From NCBI RefSeq assembly GCF_006345805.1, contig NW_021826426.1:1-12986 (forward strand): 12,986 nucleotides of DNA. The letters are read 5' to 3'. Below are positions 8,215-12,986 of this stretch, one piece after another. The stretch comes from Octopus sinensis (Eukaryota). A program made the position numbers and the translations under genes. The notes beneath the pieces were generated by a model, which was given only the letters and a program-made list of their open reading frames with translations, was not told the DNA's origin and made no database searches. How positions within the stretch are numbered: position 1 is the stretch's first letter; each line of letters opens with the position of its first letter.

Positions 8215-8385
8215 TTTCGAAACGCGGAGTAGATAAAATAGGGGACAACCGATGAAGAAAATGTTGCCTCTCTCGTTTCTCTATTTGTTTGTTTCGTTGT
8301 TCGAAAAAAAATTCGTTTTCCATGTTTTTGTTTTTATGCTCTCATTTCTCATTTTGTTGACGTATTTTTGACGTCCTGTACCCAT
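8215..8385 (+). repeat. Unclassified interspersed repeat (family D), related to 5790-5960
   Basis: Shares the CAAC(C/T)GATGAAG and GA(C/T)GTCCTGTACCC motifs, with similar T-rich spacing. Confidence 0.55.
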
Positions 8386-8733
8386 ATATGCATGTATATA
8401 TACATATATATGTAGGTATGTACATACATGTATGCATATATATAAATATATATATATTATTTATATTATTATATGATCGAACGCCACGCATCCATTTCCA
8501 GGTAAATTTTATCGCTCCTCTCTCTCTCTCTCTACTATTTGCAGAGGGGTAAAAATGGTAACAAAAGCAGGACAGTAACGACAGTACAAAATATAAGCAG
8601 TAAAAGACAGGACAAGGAAAATAACAAGACAAGAAGGGCTGTTAAGCTGAACGAGATAAAATATTACAAACGCTAATTTCTGTGAACGGCGAACGGAGCG
8701 AAGAGAATTGCCATTATATATATATATATATAT

Positions 8734-8824
8734 TTCCTGAGCGTCAATAATACTTTAATTGTTCCACGTCCTGCGTTGCTGTGTTTTTTTCTCTTTTTTT
8801 CTGTGTTTCTTGTTTGGATTAACT
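8734..8824 (+). repeat. 3' fragment related to the PLE-like terminus at 12546-12680
   Basis: TTCCTGAGCGTCAATAATAC...TTGTTCCACGTCCTGCGT resembles TTCCTGAGCGCCATACTAATAC...TTGT (12599-12650); both end in a T-rich tract followed by (TA)n. Confidence 0.5.
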
Positions 8825-8829
8825 ATATA

Positions 8830-8869
<40 letters not shown>

Positions 8870-9023
8870 TTATTGTATATATATGTATGTATGTATACAT
8901 AAATGTGTGTGGCACGTGTGTGTGTCGTGTGTGTGTGTGTGTGTATGTGTGTGTGTGTGTGGTTGTGTTGTGTGTGTGTGGTGGTGGTGTATGTGTGTGT
9001 GTGCGGTGTGTGTGTGTGGTGTG
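8824..9023. repeat. (TA)n then (TG)n compound microsatellite
   Basis: Directly visible. Confidence 0.95.
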
Positions 9024-9040
9024 TACAAAGATTAATTTTT

Positions 9041-9290
9041 GATGAAGCTACTGGCTTTTTGTGATATCATTGCCTGATTAGACACAGAGATTCTATACAG
9101 CATTGACGGGAGATTCGGCTGTTATCTCGCTGCTGGATATCTGTGACTGAGGAAGACATAGGAGGTTGAAATCAAGTGATATGGCAGCTCCGGTCACCGT
9201 AGCAGACGATTCTCGTGTGTCGCTGATATCATTTAGAGTGTTTTTATGCACCACGAATCTTTATGGGAAATTCTCTCAAAGGAAGTCACG
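9041..9290 (+). pseudogene. Possible highly decayed Tc1/mariner transposase relic
   Basis: Hand translation gives A*LDTEI (9072-9092), IGG*NQVIWQLRSP*QT (9158-9208) and LWEILSKEV (~9261-9287), in the same order as the IS630/Tc1/mariner motif WL...WIGR...WPPRSPDLTP.DF.LWG.LK..V, but interrupted and full of stops. Confidence 0.35.
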
Positions 9291-9562
9291 CATTATTCTG
9301 TGTTCTGACACAATTTCCGTGGTACAACGGAGTTCAAGACTGCTTTTCGGTATTAATATAGCTTTTGTCATTATTAATTAGTCCATATTAAGGTTTGTCA
9401 CTGTTCAAGTAGTGTGGTTCTCCATGATCTCTACTTACAGACAAGAAGTTTCGCAGAGAGGTGCTATTTTATATATTTTCCAGGCATTTTCTTTAATCCA
9501 GCTATGTGGTAGGCTAATCACAGCCTTTCTATAGTCTATCCAGGGCGATTGACAAGTTTTTG

Positions 9563-9579
9563 TATTATTATTATTATTA

Positions 9580-9632
<53 letters not shown>

Positions 9633-9676
9633 ATTATTATTATATTATCATCATCATCATCATTATTATTATTATT
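9563..9676. repeat. (TTA)n/(TCA)n microsatellite, 3' flank/tail of the LINE
   Basis: Directly visible; abuts the LINE 3' UTR. Confidence 0.95.
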
Positions 9677-11410
9677 CTATGTTTGACTTTTGCTTTATAT
9701 TTGTACAAGTTGGCTCCAAGTCTCACCCAGAGACCTCAAGAGACAACAGGGTTGGAAGTTCATGTTGTTGTTATGCCTAGTGTGCCATATATTTGGGGGG
9801 TGGGGATGTTGTACTAATGAATGTCTAAAAAAAAGGTTTTTTTTTTTTTTTTTTTTAACCGAAAATTATGTTTGTTTAAACCTTGAGATTACATAGAGAG
9901 TATTTTGCGAAGGATATGAGCAGTTCCCATGAGCACTTTCTTTTTAACTTCTGCCATTTTTGGGTTTCCTGGTATCTGAGTTAGGTAGCTATCAGCCCCT
10001 TTTGCTATCATTCCCAGGGCACCTATGACAACAGGTATTGTTTTAGTCTTCAGCTTCCACATTTTGCTGATTTCTATTTCAAGATCTTTATATTTGCTCA
10101 GTTTTTTGGTAGGTCTTGACAGATACGTTATATCGATTGGGACAGTCATATCAATGAGGAGGCATGTTCTTTGTTTGAAGTCTTTCAATATGATGTCTGG
10201 CCTATTTGCATCTATCTTCCTGTCAGTTTGAATGGTGAAGTTCCAGAGGAGTGAGATGTGGTCATTTTCAAGCACTGGGGTGGTTTGTGTTCCCACCAGT
10301 TTTTTTCATGGGGCAAATCCAGGTTTTTACAGATTACCCAGTGAATATATTGTGCAGCTCTATCGTGCCTGTTTGAGATACTCTGTAGGCGCTAGAAAAC
10401 TGCACTTGGAGACCACATGGTCAATGGTTTCATTTTGTGCTTGCATACACGACACGTTGGACTGCTTCTGATCTTTAATATGTTGGGCCTGGTAGTTTCT
10501 TGTTGTAGGCATTGATCTTGAGCTGCTATGATAAACCCTCTGTTTCAGATTTTAAGCCAGAGGCCATTAGCCATTGATGGTCAGGGCTTTGTCAATATCT
10601 GCATTATTCGCTCTCTTCGGGTATTTGCCATAGAGAGTTTTTTCTTGCCATTTATTATTCAGAATATCTAAGGCCGCAGTTTTGGCACGGGTTTCATGCG
10701 CCTAGCTTTTTCTGTGCTTGTTTTCTTGTATATCTATCTCTATTCCGAAATTGGTTGTATTCGGAATTCACTTAGATATTCCTTTGCCTGTTTTGTGACT
10801 GAGTATGATTGCTTTCTTGTTTTCATGTTTTGAGACAAGTTTTAGCATCCAGTCCTCAGAGTTTTTCAGGTAGGTGTCTAGGTCAATTGTAGCAATCTTC
10901 ATTGTTATTGCCAGTTGCAAAAGACCACGGCCTCCCTCTTTTCTTGGCAGATAGAGTCGTTCTGTATCTGCCTTAGGGGGTGGCATTCTATGCATTGTCA
11001 CAGTTTCCTTATTTTCTGTCGAGCTGACATATTTCAGTAATTGACCAGTTAACAATATTGAAACTGTAAGTCACGACTGGTATAGCTAATGCATTGATTG
11101 CTTCGATCCTGTTTTCTTGCATTCAGCTCTGTCTTGAGTATTGCTCTCACTCTTCGATAGCATTCTCTCCTGATCCTTTCCTTCATCTCTGAATGCCTTA
11201 TTCCTTCCGTTCCCTTCAATTACCCCTAGGTACTTGTAGCTCTCCGCTGGGTCTAGTTCTTTTATGACATTCTGTTGGTCAAGGTTAACGTTGAGGTTTC
11301 TGTCATTTTCCTTTGATAAGGTAGCCTTTGCACATTTATCGAGGCCGAATTGCATTCTGATGTCGTCACTGAATTGTTTGACTATCGCTAGTAAGCCCTT
11401 GAGTTGTTGT
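9677..11410 (-). mobile_element. 5'-truncated R4/Dong-clade non-LTR retrotransposon with restriction-like endonuclease
   Basis: Domain order RT C-half, CCHC, RLE, ~210-bp 3' UTR (9888-9677); (TAA)n at both junctions. Confidence 0.9.
9889..11410 (-). pseudogene. Frameshifted RT-RLE polyprotein C-terminal half
   Basis: QQLKGLLAIVKQFSDDIRMQFGLDKCAK (just after the missing YxDD), YKYLGV, RLYLPRKEGGRGL, CRVC...ETIDHVVSKC (CCHC, ~10455-10402), LWNFTIQTDRKIDANRPDIILKD...LLIDMTVP...KLSKYKDL...IPVVIGALG...GTAHILRKILSM*; split over several frames. Confidence 0.92.
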
Positions 11411-11412
11411 TA

Positions 11413-11468
<56 letters not shown>
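11411..11468. repeat. (TTA)n microsatellite at the LINE 5' truncation point
   Basis: Directly visible. Confidence 0.95.
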
Positions 11469-11469
<1 letters not shown>

Positions 11470-11485
11470 TGCTGCTGCTACTACC

Positions 11486-11891
11486 AAGGCGGCGATCAAG
11501 CAGAATCTTTAAGACACTGGGCGAAATGCGTAGCCGTATTTCGTCTGCCGTTACGTTCTGAGTTCAAATTCCGCCGAGGTCGACTTTGCCTTTCATTCTT
11601 TCGGGGTCGATAAATTAAGTACCAGTGACGCACTTGGGTCGATATAATCGACTTAATCCGTTTGTCTGTCCTTGTTTGTCCCTTCTGTATGTAGCCCCTC
11701 GTGGGTAGTAAAGAAATAGGTATTTCGTCTGCCGTTACGTTCTGAGTTCAAATGCCACCGGGACCGACTTTGCTTTTCATCTCTTCGCGGTCGATAAATA
11801 AAGTACCAGTTACGCACTGGTGTCGATGTAATCGACTGGTCCCCTCCCCCAAAATTCTAGACCTTGTACCTATAGTGGAAAGGATTATTAT
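11486..11891 (+). mobile_element. Full-length dimeric tRNA-derived SINE family C with (ATT)n tail
   Basis: B-box-like GAGTTCAAATTCC; internal duplication 11536-11653 / 11720-11837; central GACTTTGCCTTTCATTCTTTCGGGGTCGATAAATTAAGTACCAG resembles, from memory, the MetaSINE/Sauria-type conserved domain; ends AAAGGATTATTAT. Confidence 0.88.
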
Positions 11892-12261
11892 CGTTAGTCA
11901 ACTAATTAACCAATTAACCATTTAACTAACAGCTGTTTGATTAAGCGTTCAGTTAATCAGTTGGGTGCGGCAGTGTTCTTTCGTAACCATTGGCGACCTC
12001 GTCAGTGACATGATCTCTCTACTCCAGGAAGAGCCTGCGCGGCGGAAATTGTCATTTGGTCTGTGATGTCGTTCACCAAATAAGTACCTAAAACAATGAG
12101 TTTTCACACACGCGAAGTTCCTGAAATTTTCACCCAGGACTCTCCACAGCGAAAGATCTTATGACGTCCGAATACATTTGAAAGTGTTAAACCCTACAAA
12201 AAAAATTTTTTTTTTCTCTCTGAGTCTCCCCCCGCCCCGCCAAATTCTTTCTAATGTTTCT

Positions 12262-12300
12262 AAGGTTTGATAAGATGGATAAATCGAAATCGGTCATATT
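12262..12300 (+). ncRNA. Degenerate hammerhead relic
   Basis: AAGGU [UUGAUAA] GAU-GGAUAA-AUC [GAAA] UCG [GUC] AUAUU: two transitions from CUGAUGA; same GAAAUCGGUC as the 3112-3180 ribozyme. Confidence 0.45.
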
Positions 12301-12362
12301 TTATCAAATATTCTCTAAAATATTCTTCTGTGCCTTGCCTTTTCCAACTTTATATTCATTTT

Positions 12363-12404
<42 letters not shown>

Positions 12405-12439
12405 AATTATATACACACACACACACCCCCACACACACG

Positions 12440-12680
12440 TTGATTCGCTAGCCTCTGCACGCATTTTTTTCTCTCTTTTTTCTCTCCTTTTTTTTCTCTC
12501 CTTTTTTTTCTCTCCTTGTTTCTTTCTGTGTTTCTTTTCTGTGTATCTTTCTGTTGAAGAGCGTAGGCTCGAAACGTAAAAGACTTGTTTTATTTATATT
12601 CCTGAGCGCCATACTAATACAATTGTTTGTTTGTACTCCATCTGCCTTCGTCTTTTGTTTATTTTCATAAAGCTTCCCGT
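12440..12680 (+). mobile_element. PLE-like terminal repeat fragment carrying the variant hammerhead
   Basis: Pyrimidine-rich leader, hammerhead, T-rich trailer, bounded by CA/TA microsatellites; partial relative at 8734-8824. Confidence 0.55.
12546..12583 (+). ncRNA. Minimal hammerhead-like ribozyme with variant core (CUGUUGA-A)
   Basis: UCUUU [CUGUUGA] A GAGC-GUAG-GCUC [GAAA] CG UA AAAGA: perfect 5-bp stem I, perfect 4-bp stem II, palindromic ACGU stem III, GUA triplet (cut after 12578). Confidence 0.7.
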
Positions 12681-12762
12681 TATATATATATATATTATAT
12701 ATATGTACACATACACACACATATGTATATATACATACATATATATTTACATATATACATAT

Positions 12763-12986
12763 GTAGGAGCAATGGCCCGGTGGTTAGGGGAGCGGACTCG
12801 CGGTCGTAGGATCGCAGTTTCGATTCCCAAGCCCGGCGTTGTGAGTGTTTATTGAGCGAAAACAATTAAAAGCTCCACGGCGCTCCGGCAGTGGGTAGTG
12901 GCGAACCCTGCTGTATTTTTTTCACCACAACATTCACTCTTTCTTCCTGTTTCTCTTGTACCTGTATTTCAAAGGGGCCAGCCTAG
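12763..12986 (+). mobile_element. SINE family B copy with alternative 3' region (runs off window)
   Basis: Co-linear with 4370-4554 (GCAATGGCCC.GTGGTTAGGG.AGCGGACTCGCGGTCGTAGGAT...CACTCTTTCTTC), then diverges. Confidence 0.88.

Noticed and set aside
53-9042. Numerous 60-180 aa ORFs rich in YI/CV/HT dipeptides
   Set aside because: Translations of (TA)n, (TG)n and (CA)n microsatellites and SINEs; no domain signal.
9560-11613. Plus-strand ORFs (poly-I/poly-Y and antisense to the LINE)
   Set aside because: (TTA)n translations or shadow frames of the minus-strand retrotransposon.
11965-12010. Minus-strand CUGACGA...GAAA hammerhead candidate
   Set aside because: Stem II is weak, there is no NUH triplet in register, and no stem I partner for UGUCA.

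Overview
AT-rich, microsatellite-dense, non-genic eukaryotic (animal) DNA made almost entirely of nested transposable-element pieces. The SINE repertoire resembles what I recall of coleoid cephalopod (octopus) genomes; this is inference, not a database result. No intact host gene is visible, and nearly all listed ORFs are (TA)n/(CA)n/(TTA)n artefacts. Supported content: (i) a 5'-truncated, frameshifted R4/Dong-clade non-LTR retrotransposon (RT C-half, CCHC, restriction-like endonuclease) on the minus strand, with (TAA)n on both sides; (ii) a 937-bp non-autonomous Helitron with canonical A|TC...hairpin-CTAG|T ends; (iii) three tRNA-derived SINE families in about 9 copies or fragments; (iv) a TA-flanked Tc1/mariner-type MITE; (v) a Penelope-like element (PLE) GIY-YIG endonuclease 3' end. 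The most notable signal is a cluster of about six minimal type-I hammerhead ribozyme motifs from different PLE/retrozyme-like repeats. One has an intact core and sits in a 487-bp partial tandem unit, one lies in a 540-bp foldback, and one carries a variant core. These element classes are known in general; the specific families and variants here may be uncharacterised.
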